Positions 1 through 12,735 of a stretch of 64,000 bases of DNA are shown here, piece after piece (the stretch's first letter is position 1; each line of letters starts with the position of its first letter). The translations under genes were made by a program, and so were the position numbers. The notes under the pieces were generated by a model. The model was given only the letters and a program-made list of their open reading frames with translations, was not told where the DNA came from and did not search any database. This DNA is from Nageia nagi. Taxonomy: Eukaryota > Plantae > Pinophyta. The DNA is taken from NCBI GenBank assembly GCA_050084985.1, contig JBITNC010000002.1:12648001-12712000 (forward strand), read 5' to 3'.

Positions 1-689
1 CATTTTTAGTGACCATTGAAAGATGTCGCACCTTGGTAAGTTTCCTCTAGTTTAGGTTTCATAAATGAGTTAAATGAATTTTGGTTTCTAAATCATTTGA
101 TCCTACACTAATACAATACAACCTTCTATCATATCATTAAGGTGATTCATCAAATCATCAACATGGTTGCTTTTTATTATCTATCGAATTTCATAATTTT
201 TTAATTTTTCAAAAGTGTCATTTTCACTTTATTCCTATTTTGGTCCAATTTGGTTGCATTTTAGTGGTATAATATGTTAGTTTGTGATTGTGTTTATCAT
301 AATTAGTGTAAATCAAATATTATAGGGGGTTTACGACATATTCTCACCTCATTTTATGCACCATCATGGAAAAATCCTACAATATTTTGGTAGCATTTTG
401 GCTAATTTTCCTTAGTTTTCTATGTTTTTTATCATTGAATTTCATTTATATTTATATTTTTTTCATTCATTTTATTTTCATATTTCACTATAGTTTTGGT
501 CTCTTTTATCTTTTCTAGGTATTTTGTTTGTTAGTGTTATCATCTTGTTTATTCATTTTATTATTTGTCATTTCAGTGTTTGTTTCTTATTTTAATATTT
601 ATCATTAGTAATTATTTGATATTTTGTGATTGTTTATACATGTTTATTATATGTCTTTTTCATTTTATATTTTTTATGTGTAAGTATAC

Positions 690-910
690 ATGTTCATTTT
701 CCAAGTGATGTGCTTAAACATGCAAGTTCATTTTAAATATTTCTTGTAGGTTCATTTTATGTTCCTTTAGTATTCATTTTAAGGTTTATTTTAAGTTTCG
801 TTTAGGTCCATTTTAATTTATGTTTATAAGGTTCATTTTATGTTCCTTAGTGTTAATTTTAGGGTTCATTTAAAGTCTTTTAAGGTAATTTTTATAGGGT
901 TCATTTTCAT
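690..910. repeat. Degenerate short tandem repeat (GTTCATTTT-core)
   Basis: gttcatttt and variants recur about ten times, with a longer duplicated unit gttcattttatgttcct(t)tagt. Confidence 0.6.
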
Positions 911-1879
911 TTTGTTACATACATTCATTATATCATACATGGCATAGAAGTACAAGTCAACATAACATAAAATTAAATGCATCCATACAATCATTCAAAT
1001 ACACATAGTTAATAAAAAGTCACCATATCATAAAGCATATCATCATCAATGTCATACATAAGAGCATATAGAGATTCTATAGCATCTATCCAACAAAATA
1101 AATACATACGATGTCCATCATATATCAATATCCTATATGCATATGTGTCTTAAAAATACACATCATCATGTGCACTGTGGCACCAAAAAATGCATAGAAT
1201 ATAGTCCTTTAATCCCACCTCTATAGTCCCTCTACCTCAACCTACACCCATAATAGGATGCTCTCTCTTGGCACCTTGCTCTAGCTTACTAATGGTAGTG
1301 ACCTAAAAAATATGCTGACAACCTATGAGATCTCTTATTTAAGAGTGCATCCCTATTCCTACAACTATTGCATAAGATATAAGTAATGTCTAAATTTGAC
1401 CTTATAGAGCTCCACCATGGATCTTTGCAACTAATCTCCTCACTTTTTCAATCACTAAATAAACATACAAAAAATTTATGAGCCTTTTTGTTGTGGCTCA
1501 TGCTACCTTTGTTGTCATCTTTGTATCCTACTTTATTTCCATCTAATTTTGTAATGTATCAAGTTGTACCTAGAGTGCATCATGCTTTGCCTAGTATTAG
1601 GTAACCCTTGAGTCAATGAATGTCTCTAACCCCATAGAATTTAGCTCCTATAGCTCAAAACAAGGGGTCCTATAGCCAACCTCCCCCTCACTAACCTCTC
1701 CCATCTATTGTGGAACCTTCCCTTTGACTAGTTGGTTTGATATCTTTGTATCCATATCAAGAGAACCCTTCTCCTATACCTCCTCTTAAGCATCATCACC
1801 CTCATCCTTTATCTCCTTATTAGCATCCTTGACTTTCTCTCCCTTCACACCTAGTCCAAACCTGCCCTTTGGCATCCAT

Positions 1880-3050
1880 GGATCTAGAGAAGGTATTTCC
1901 CCTTCCTCTCAACTATGATCCATGTAGGAAATAGGTCCCTTTGTGGGACCCACCATGCATCATATCCTAGGGTAGTCCCCACATCATCAACTGCATACCT
2001 ATCCAATGGCACATTAGGCATCATATTAGGCTCAATATATTCCAACCATGGGTTAGTTAAGGCCTCTCTATTGACTTTACCATACAAATTTGGCTCTAGA
2101 CCTACTCTAAGAAAACATTCTTGATATACCTCATATGTCTGTCCCTGATTTACCTCATTTGGTAAGTACATGCTAACTATAAGGTATCCTTTTCCCATGT
2201 AGGTCCTCCCTAGTATGGTTGATAGATAATGTCCTGGGGCTACATCCCCATTAGCATGTCATGGTACCAATCAATCTATCTCTCATGGGTACATCCCCTA
2301 GTTCACTTAGGCTCATTCTCTTATCATTTAGTATATGGAAGATCTATGCTTGCTACTAGAGGGATGTCCCTTGTATTCTCTATTCTATGAACTACTATCA
2401 ATATTACATTTGGCCTTCCCAATTGAATGTGCTCCTAAGCCCACACCTAGAGCAATATACAGGTGTTAACACCTTATTGTCCTCTAAATGCAATTGCTAG
2501 CTCTTTGTAGGTTTGGGCTAATAATGTTGGCCCCCAAGTTAACATTGTACTCTCTTATACCATCTTTATCATAATGTCAAACATGTTCCATGAGAATATC
2601 AATCCTAAGGAATCTGGTAATATGAATTAGGAGATTAGGAGCATCTCTATGACCTCCTTACGATTGAGTCAACCATCTTGATAGAGAGGTATGATAAACA
2701 CCCCTCTATTTAGAAGGTCCCATGTCCTATACGCCACTCCTACATCAATTCATATCACCACCCTTTCTATGGTGACTGTAACCTACTCACCATTGAGTGG
2801 TTACCATAATATCATATAGATGTCCTTTAAAGTAATTATCATCTTGCCCATCATGAAAAAAATGTGTAGTAGTCTAGATCAAAGTGCACCCTGAGTGTGA
2901 TCATGTAGGAAGTATCTCCCTTAATTGGTAAAATGTAAGCTACTCCTACCAGTCTGAGCACCTCAATCCAATCTCTATATGTTTGGGTTAGCATAGCTTG
3001 TACCTCTATCCACAGTGCTCAAAATTTATGCTTGAGTTTCATCTAGAATA
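1880..3050 (-). pseudogene. Degenerate aminotransferase-like plant mobile domain (PMD) ORF, antisense within a Gypsy 3' region
   Basis: The minus strand at ~2790-2880 reads ..TTHIFFMMGKMIITLKDIYMILW*PLNGE*VT, matching the PMD motif (T.TFHLP.GEMTITL.DV..IL.LP..G..VT). ORF 1884-2198 (..YDAWW..) is the downstream remnant. Many stops and frameshifts. Confidence 0.7.
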
Positions 3051-4938
3051 AATTTTGATGTGTTAGTCATTTTTTGGTTAGTTGCATTACCTATTGCTAA
3101 GTTAGTAGTCTCTATGTCTCAGTCAATCCTACATGTCACCTAGAATGTCTATTTGCATTTTTAGCTAAGTTCATATTTTTAGTTTTTTTTGGTCAATTTT
3201 CTTTTGGTCAAAATCATTCTTATCCAAGGAAATTGGTTAACCTAGTTATCAAGTTCTTAGATGACTTATCTTATCATCCAAATAATTTGTGTGGTCATCC
3301 TTTGGCTAGATGACCCCCAAATTGGATCTTCCAACAGCTAGATAATTTACAGTGTTTAAATTTTGAAAAAAATAACTATTATGGGTATAAGAAAATGAAA
3401 TTTGAAATCATCATTTTACAAACTAATTTAAATCTAAAAAAATCAAAATAAATTTTAAGTTTTATTCTTACATAGTGGAAATCCATTTATCATCATTTAG
3501 TAAGTCAAAGCATCATAAGCACTTGGAATGGGCATAAATGATGGTTTTTTGTAATTTCCTCATTCTTATATGAGCTACAATCCATGGTTGCAATCCCAAT
3601 ACCCTATGATTCATCATACTAGGTCTCATTTTAGGGTCTTTGGGCTATAGGTTTTTTCTATATTTTTTCATTTAAGTAGTTCTTATTACACCATTCATAA
3701 GTTTGTACGTTAAAACTAAAACCTACCCTTTTAACATTCAACATTTAAAACAAATAAGGAGTGTTCTATTGTGTGGTATTTTTGGGGTTTAACTTATAAA
3801 CTATAGTTATTATTATTTCAGCTAATCCAAACATAAAGCAATACACATACATTATAACAAAATGGAGTTTTAGTATTTGAAGAAATCTTAGTCTCAAATT
3901 ACTATTCAAACATCTAAAGTAAATAGTTAAATCATGCAACAACCTAAACTACTATTTCAAACCATTAACACAAGAGTAAATAAACCATAAAATGGCATCC
4001 ACTTTCTTGTACATGTTATGATTAGTGTTATTTGAGTTTTATCTATTTTATTGGTAAGGTTTTATCATTAAGTAATGCTACTATTTCTATAGTAGCAAAC
4101 ATTAAATAAAGAAATAGTCATTAACATAATATTCTAAAATAAACACAATCAACAAGTATAAAATGCAAAACACAATAAAATCAATGGCTAGGGTTTAGTA
4201 ACTGACCATTTCTTATGGGGCAATTTCTCCTTAGCAAGTTGCCCTCCTTTAGGACTTATGATTGCCATGGAGTTTTCCTTGCACACATCATACTCATATT
4301 CTAGCTAATCCACCTCTATTTCCTCATTATCTAAAGTTTATCAATCTCTTTACTTAATCATTGTCAGTTGGGGCACAGTAAATTAGTGAAGTAGAAATCA
4401 AATCCATGGCAAAAAGGTAATAGTTAAAACCAAAGTTTTTGCTTTTATTTTTTATTTTTTCCTAAATTATATCCTTCAAATTATCCTTAATTTCCTAAAT
4501 GATCTTTTAAACCCTATTCAATTAGATGATTTGTAGTTATTTGGATGATTTGAAATGTCTATGTCTCACTCTATAAAACTTTGATAGTGATCATCGTTTT
4601 ATGTTACATTCAGTCAAATAGTCAAGTGTCCTATTTTTTCATCCATCACACCTTGTTTGTTTGAGAAGGATATCTTTACACATGATTTTGAATTGATCAA
4701 ATTTTCATAATTTTAGCATATATATCATTAACTTTGTCAAGGACATCTTGGATGTATGGTAAAACCTTACTATATAGCGAAAGTTTGCTAGATGATTATC
4801 AAGTTCAACATGATGGATTAGAAATAAGCATATTATAGTATCATCATGTTTGAAATTATCACTTTACCATGACATGATTGATTATTTATTAACATACTCA
4901 AACATCATCATGTTTAGCTTGGTCATTTTTGTGCAAGT

Positions 4939-5480
4939 ATCATATGCCTGCATGCTATGGTCATATGCTTGGTAACTCTATGAGCCTATAATAATTTCCC
5001 TTTAGTTACTAGGGAAAATTAGAGATCATTATCATTTGGAATTTTGTATGACCATCATATGCCTGCATGCAATGGTCATATGCTTGGTAGGTCTATGAGC
5101 CTACAATCATAACCCTTCAACTACCAAGGAAAAATAAAGTCAAACACCCTTTGACTATTGGGGCAAAGTAGAGATCATTCCATTCGATTGCTATGAAAAA
5201 TTAGATATCATTTCCCTTTTTGTAATTATATTAGGATAGATTAGATTAAATTTTTGCTTTATTATTCTAATGGTTATTTGATCTACTTGTCATATTTATC
5301 ACTAGTTGTTATCATGAAATCCGATCATATCTTATATGACCTATCATGTACCAAAACTAGATCTTGTTGGATTCTCAATATGCTCAATTATGTCTTATAT
5401 GACCTATCATTGGCTAAAAACAAACTAGGATCGAGTGATTAGGATGATCTTATATGGCCTATCATGCACCAGAACCAGCT
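4939..5480. repeat. Direct repeats upstream of the PPT
   Basis: A ~56-bp unit atcatatgcctgcatgc.atggtcatatgcttggta..tctatgagccta occurs at 4939 and 5054. The unit tcttatatg(a/g)cctatcat.. occurs three times at ~5330, ~5393 and ~5448. Confidence 0.8.
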
Positions 5481-5600
5481 CTCATCATGATCATTTTGCT
5501 ATCATTTATCATTTATCATCAATGGTTATAAGTTTATTATTTAACATATTTTTGTACTTATCTTCTCACAAGTTTGAAGTTTAGAACAAAAAGGTGCAAC

Positions 5601-6530
5601 TGTAAACACCCTAAAAACATATCTTACTTTATTGATAGTATTTTATTGATGTTTATGATATTTTTCATGTATTGTAGTACCATGTTTGACTAACATGTGT
5701 TTGTAGCATCTTCAACTAAATCAATTGAATCTATTTTGACCTTTAAGTTATGCCTAACATATTATTCCTAATTTCCCAAATGACTTAATAGTATCCAAGA
5801 TGATCTTGCAAGTTATATAGTCAACCGAATGATTCTAAAAAAGTATTATAAAAGAAATTAAGGCTCATATTTTGATACTCTTCTTTTCTTTATCTACTTT
5901 TCATGAGCTTAATGAGTTCTACAATTTTTTATGTGCATTTGTACATGTGACATCAATTTACAATGGACCACATCAAGACTTGAGCTCACCTCTTCACACC
6001 TCAGGAACACTTCTCAATGACACATGGATTGAGGTATATTTTGGTCATTTAAGGTTTCTTATGTTACTAATGTTGAATTTCATGGGTATTTGCAGATTTG
6101 AAGCTCTTATCACATTCAATTGAAGATTTGTATCCTTGGTTAAACTTTAGATTTAAAATTGTTTATCATATAGGCATCATTTAGGTTAATTCATACATAG
6201 GGTTTCAAACTAGGGTGTGATATATAAGGTGTAAACCCCAGGGTTTGAACATTAGTTTTTTTCTCATTTGCATTCTTAAGCATAGATATATTATTTCCAT
6301 CTTTAAATTAATTTTCATTATTATCATACTTGATCATTTGACTAGATCTTTAAGCATACATAGTCTTTATCAATATTTATCAAATATTTATCATAGAATT
6401 GTCATTTGTATTTGTCTACCTATATTTTAGAAGCATTTTTATCTAGTATTTAAGTGTCTAAATCATATTTGCATCATAGGCATTGTAATCTTTTCTAGCA
6501 TCCAATTGATTATGGATAAGGATACTTACA
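5601..6530 (+). repeat. Putative 3' LTR (~930 bp)
   Basis: TGTAA...TTACA inverted termini preceded by a PPT. No second copy in the window. Confidence 0.55.
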
Positions 6531-7471
6531 ACCTCATTGAGTTGGGGTTTCATAACAAAATAACATTTCATATATGACCATTACTAAAAAAGAAAGGTAG
6601 TTTTCATTAGAAATGTTTTATTTTTATGAAATTCTATGTCATTATGAAATGATATAACATTTGATAAATATTTTTTTAATAACAAAATATTATTGTGGTT
6701 TGAATCTTGAAGTGAAATGCTATTTCATTTTGTAAAAAATGAAATAGAATTTATGATTTAGGCTGGAGACCTTATCCCTAAATGAAGATTTTTCATGTAT
6801 GAAAATGTGCACTTCAAATAAAACCAACTTTATGCTTTCATCCTATGTTTTGTGATGAAAATATCATAGCATTAGAAGCTATAGTAATTTGATTTCATTA
6901 TGTAGTTCAGATTTCATGTTTTCAATAGTGATATAGTAAGTCTATGATTAGTCTTGAAAAAATATTGGCATAAGAAGACATATTATGGTTAATTTTATAT
7001 TGAGATAACCATGACAACCATAATACATCAGTACACCAAAGTGCTTCATCTCACCAAAGGTAAGAGTTAAGTTAAATTTTCATTTAGTAGATTTATTTAT
7101 TCTAACATTTCATACAAGATTCATTATTACTCTTAGTGGCTTCCATTCAAGTGATGTCTTCATTACACTATGCAAGAAAAAAAGGTTGCATGAGATGTGA
7201 ATAAATGGAGGACTCCAAGTTATTTCCAAGAAGATTTAAGATGTAAATATTTCTTACTTTCATTTGAATTATATTCTTATTTCCCTAAAACTATTTATAA
7301 AGGGGGAATATATTAACATCTAAATTTTATTTTTATTTAATTAAAAATTATATTTTAGGTATGTAAATGGTAAACTAATTTTATTCTTTATTTTACTATG
7401 TTTGTAAAATAAAGTACAAGTTCACCTTTTTCAATTCTTTTTTATGATAGGTACACAATTAAGAAGCCAAG

Positions 7472-10400
7472 TGTAGGTCCTGGTACACATACAAACATCT
7501 TATTTATTTATAGGGAATAAGGATATTCTATTAATTATATATATATGTTTATAGCTTAATTTATTTAATTATGATGGAATTCTTTCCTGGTGTCTTTTTA
7601 TACGACCCATCAAGTCTAGAATTTCCAATTTGTAATTAAGTTTAATAAGTTTAGAAGGAAACCTTGATGATGCATGTAAATATATAGCATTTGATAGAGT
7701 AGAGTCATATATTAATGTACTATTATATGATAATATACTACAATAATCTAGCATGACATGCCTAATGACGATAGAGGATTGAATTCTAGGAGTGAGGTAT
7801 TTAGACCCTCTTGGGACTAGATATGTACTATGATCAACATGAAATAGGTAAATGACAAGTTCAAAGTAATTTAAATTTATATTTCATAAACTTCAAGAGT
7901 ATTTAAGTAACTAGATCTAACTGATATAGATATCTATATTTTGTATAATTTAATTATCATTAATATTTGTTACAATTAATGTTAAATTGAATATTTAATC
8001 AAATTTTAGTATCAATACATAGGTTATTTAGGATAAGAAACCTTTTCATATATAATTAATTCTAATTTTCTCTTATTATTTCATATATAGGAGGGGAGTT
8101 TTTACTATTTAATTAAATCCTAAGAGTATTAAAAATATGATGTGAAAGGATCTATATTCAAGATTTGATCTTTAAGGACTAGACGTTATCACCAAGTATC
8201 TTAATGCTTACAATTTGCTATATTCCACTAAAATTTGATGGAATATTCCTATACAAAGGACTCTATTGAGTTCATGGTCACAAATTTCATAAGAAGGAAG
8301 TTGAAATGGCTTGTGATATTTTGGAATCATTTTAGAAGTTGAGGGATCATTCTTAGTGAAGATTAGTTATTGCAAAGTTAATATTTAAGAGAGAACTATT
8401 ATTCTCATTAGAGAGAGTTAGATATTGAGTTGTTAGAATTATTGTGGACATTCTTAAGAATTAAAAGAGATTTATAGAATCTAGATGTTGGTAAAATTTG
8501 TTGAAAAGTGTCTAAAGATTGTACATGTTAGATTTTATGTTATTAGAGATAATGGTATCTATATTTATTATTGTAATTTCTTAACTTGATCAATTTATAA
8601 ACCAAATCTTCAATTTAGAGGAGACATGTTTCCTCACAATAGGATTTACAACTATAATTTTATAACTCATTCTATGTGCATATACAATTTCCTTACTAAT
8701 TGTTTGCTTCATTTTGATTTAGTTTTTCATCATAAGTTTTGAGACATAGAGAGTTAAATTTATAGATCATATTGTACCAAAGAAGGTTGAGATTATTTAT
8801 GGGTATTGTATAAGAGGAAGAAAATAAATGGTCAACCTATTAATAGTGGATTCCACTTACACCATGATATTGAAGAGTTGAGTTCATTTCAAGAATCTTA
8901 TAAATGCAAGGTAGAATATTTCAAAGCTTTGAGCTAGTTTCATATAACTTATAAATTGTAAGGTTGAAAATTAATTTTATCAAAGTGGAGGAGGAACACC
9001 GTAGAATAATAAATATGACTAAACTACAATATGAAAAGAAAATATTGAGAATAAAGGACATTATCAACCAATTCATAAGGATTATGTAAGGTGATCAATC
9101 CAAAAATAAAGAGCAAAGAACACTTGAGAATTTAGAAACAAGTATGAATACAATGAAAGGGAGTCCCTTCTTTAGATCCTTTTAAGATAAAGGGTAAACT
9201 TTAAATCTCTAATTTTAAAGGAGAAGTTGATTTTAAAAAGTTAAATTTATAATTGGCTTAATAAATTGATGGTATATTTCAAATTATAAGGTGTGGTTAG
9301 TGGTATGAAGAAGATTTAATTTAGAACACTCAAAATCAAAGTAAATACTTTATCTTGGAAGGGAATCCATATAGAATCTCACAAGCATGATAACCAATAA
9401 TCCAATACATCACATAAGGATTTAAGAACTTACGTAGATATGAATTTTATCCAGTGGGCCACCCAAATGAGAAACTCATGAAATAGAAAACATTTGAGAG
9501 AAGGGAAAGGATAATATGTCAAACATTATAAAACAAAATTTAGAAGACACATTTAACCTTTTCTTAGAAGTTATCTTCAATAAATACAAATGGTCATGAA
9601 GTATGTTGGACTTTTATATAGTCATAAAAGGACATCAATAAATATTTTGGTTACTATTACCATTGATCAAGTGAGTGTGCAAGTAATATATATTGAGGAG
9701 GATATAAGAAAAAGGAAGTCATATGCAAAATATAAGAAAAACCACTATTGGTATGATAAGGGAAAATATCAAGGCAAAGTAAAATAAAACCATCAAGAGA
9801 AGAAGAAAAATAACACCACAAATAAAGATTATGAAAAACATTTTTTATCATATTGAGATAATAATGATCATGTAGAGTGGGAAAAATAATAATATTATGA
9901 TCACTAAGACTAAATATTTTGATAACAATTATGATGTTGTTCCTAAACTAAATTGTACAACAATACAAATAATTGAAAGAATAAAGAGTAGAATAAAATA
10001 TAACTTTTTCATATAACAAATTAGTCCCATAGAAATAGGATTAATTCAATCTTTGACCATATATATCTAATAAATATTATATTTGAATGCTTGTCAAAGA
10101 AATTTTCAGTGAGTACATATAAACATCATCATGCATATCCTTTGGGATGGGTGCATAATGATGGTAAATTGCAAGTACAAAAATAATGTAAGTCAAAGTT
10201 TTATATTAATACAAAGTTTATTAAGGAGGTTGTTATTTATGTAGTACCTTTAGATATTTATGGTGTTATTATTTGCTAATCCTTATTCATTTTATTAGGA
10301 TGTAATTTATTTATAAAAGTTAGATCAATATAGGATAGTAAAAGATAGAAAATATTATAAAATTTATATAGAAATAAGAAAAAAATATAATTACTAATAG

Positions 10401-12200
10401 CTAGGTAGGTGAAATAATTGATAAATGCAAGAAAGATATTTTTTCTTGTGATAATCTAGTATTACAACAATAAATCAATCACATATATGATGTTAATGTT
10501 GTACTCTAATGAAGTAAGGTCAACGCAAGTATTTTTTGAATAAGGATGATATTAGTTGTAAGCTCTTATTTAGGATTTTCATGAGGTTTTGAAGGAGCTA
10601 AAGGGGCTACCACTTAGGGAAGAATTTGATTATAAAATTGAATTATTAGCTAATGCACCCATAAAAGTATAATATTATATAGATAATAAGTTTTTAAGTG
10701 TGATAAGATTAAAAATTAGATGTAGGAGCTTTTGGATCAAGAAGTGATCAAAAAATCACTTCTCCATGTTCTTCATTAATTAATTTGGTATCTAAGAAGA
10801 ATGAGTCTTAGGGAATGTTTATTGATTATAAGGCATATAACAAGGCCACTAGATCAAGAATCATTATCATTTGCCTCAAATAGATGTTTTGATAGAAAAA
10901 TTACAAGGGGCAAGGTATTTTTACAAGTTGTTAGACATGGATATCATCAAGAGAGGATGAAGGAATGGGAAAATTAGAAGAATAATTTCAACTTAAGACA
11001 AGTTCTACATGAGTATGTTGTTGTTATTTTTTATTTTTACAATGCATCTACTACCTGAGGAAGGTAATGAATGATGTTTTCAAGCCATATATTGATTATT
11101 TTGTTATTTTGTAGTTAGATGATATTCTTGTTTATAGTCAAACATGGGTATAACATTTTGTACATCTAAGACATGTGCTCCAAACTTTTCAAAAATAAAA
11201 GTTGTTAAAAATGTAAAATAATGAGTGTGGTGAGCCATATTTGGTGTAATTAAGTCATTTTATTGGTCAATGATATCTTAAAATTGATCTTGAGAAAGGT
11301 AAACCAATATAGAATGGTCAAGGACTAGTAATGTGACCAATATAAGGATTTTATTTGTGTATATTCAATACCTTAGAAATTTTATTTCTAATTTTTCAAA
11401 TATTACTTCTCCATTTCATAACATTATAGGTAGGAGGAAAAACTTTCAATAGGGAAAGAAGCACAAAATATATTTTGACTTATTGAAGCAAATAATTAGC
11501 AATGTTCAACTATTAGTATTATCAAATTTGTATCATTCTTTTAAAACTAAAATTGAAGTAATTATGATATGGAGGTAGTTTTGATGTAATGAGTGTTATT
11601 TAATATTATTATAAAATATTTAATTGGGTAGATTTAAACTATCCAATCTATAAAATGAAAAAGAAGATAATTATCCATATTAGCTATCAACCATTGTATT
11701 ATTTACAAACTATGATGAAATTTTAACAAACAAGATATTTTTGTTTGATGGGATTCCTACAATAGTTCCATTTGATCATCAAGTATAAGAAAGGTAGCAT
11801 AAACTAGATTATTTTCATGCTTTCAAGACTAGTAGGAGTAACAAGAATAACATTGATGCCCTTCTCTATAGATTCAATGGCGCCAATACCATTCTAATAA
11901 TATAATTTAACTTTTTGGAGAATGTTGAACATTTTTCCAATTACTCATGAGACATATCAAACCTATTATTCAAGTAGGATACTAAATTTATGGACTTTAT
12001 TGTAAGTTCAATAGCTTGTTTATTCTAGAAGGAGAAAAGATTAAACTAATTAGTTAAGAAAATACATCTAGAATAGCTTCATATTTTAATGTGGGGAATA
12101 TAATTGATAATTTAAAAAGGTATATGTATTGGCCTAAAATGCAAGAAAAATTTGTTAAGTAAATTAAAGGTTATGTGATGATGAAATTTGTTCCATACTA
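7472..12200 (+). mobile_element. Degenerate Ty3/Gypsy retrotransposon: probable 5' LTR plus gag-protease-RT-RNaseH-integrase N-terminus pseudogene
   Basis: Protease relic at ~10020-10300 (H.YPLGW..VVPLDI). RT motifs KKNES*GMFIDYKAYNK (~10795) and LDDILVYS (~11115). RNaseH region at 11500-11830. Integrase zinc-finger lead YMYWPKMQE at ~12121. The LTR (7472-~8730) is tentative. Confidence 0.8.
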
Positions 12201-12379
12201 CATCCCAAATTAAAATAAGAAAAGGTTGGGTAAAAAAGTGAAAGTAAAAATAAAGCAATCATACAAATGGTTGAAATAAGCAAGAATGATGAGAAATTCA
12301 TAATACTTCATATGTTAATGGAAGGGTTAATTGTATTTATATGAAAGTATACTATTTAAAGGGTGAAAAGGAGAAAAAG

Positions 12380-12720
12380 ATTCAACTATTCTACATCAAT
12401 ATCTAAGCAAAGAAGACCAAAATTGATTTATTTGTTTATCCTATTTCATAAGTAGATTTCATTTTAGAGGACTTAATGATGAAATTGGGTTTGGAGACTC
12501 ACCCTCATTCATATCCTTATACACATGGATAGTTGATGTACAAGAAGGAGATACATATTACATACTAATTTAAATTGAGTTTTTCCATTCATTTTTATTT
12601 CATTAATTAGGATGAATTATATGTTTTATGTATTTATCTTACTAGAATAGTGCCAACTGGTCTTTATTTATTCAATAAGGAGGTTTTTTTTAATATAGAA
12701 GAGGAACTAAATACCACCTT
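12380..12720 (+). mobile_element. Second Gypsy fragment: protease relic followed by a PPT-like end
   Basis: Translates KKTKIDLFVYPIS*VDFILEDLMMKLGLETHPHSYPY, a retropepsin-like segment. It is followed by ggaggttttttt..agaagaggaa, resembling a Gypsy 3' end. Confidence 0.5.
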
Positions 12721-12735
12721 TTTAAGGAAGTTAGA

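Larger units (their letters stand above)
1..6530 (+). mobile_element. 3' part of a Tat/Ogre-like Ty3/Gypsy LTR retrotransposon (long 3' non-coding region, extra antisense ORF, tandem repeats, PPT, 3' LTR)
   Basis: Purine tract aaaaaggtgcaac lies immediately before TGTAAACACCC at 5601, and the region ends GATACTTACA at 6530 (TGTAA...TTACA termini). Upstream are tandem repeats and the antisense PMD ORF, typical of Tat-lineage elements. Confidence 0.6.
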
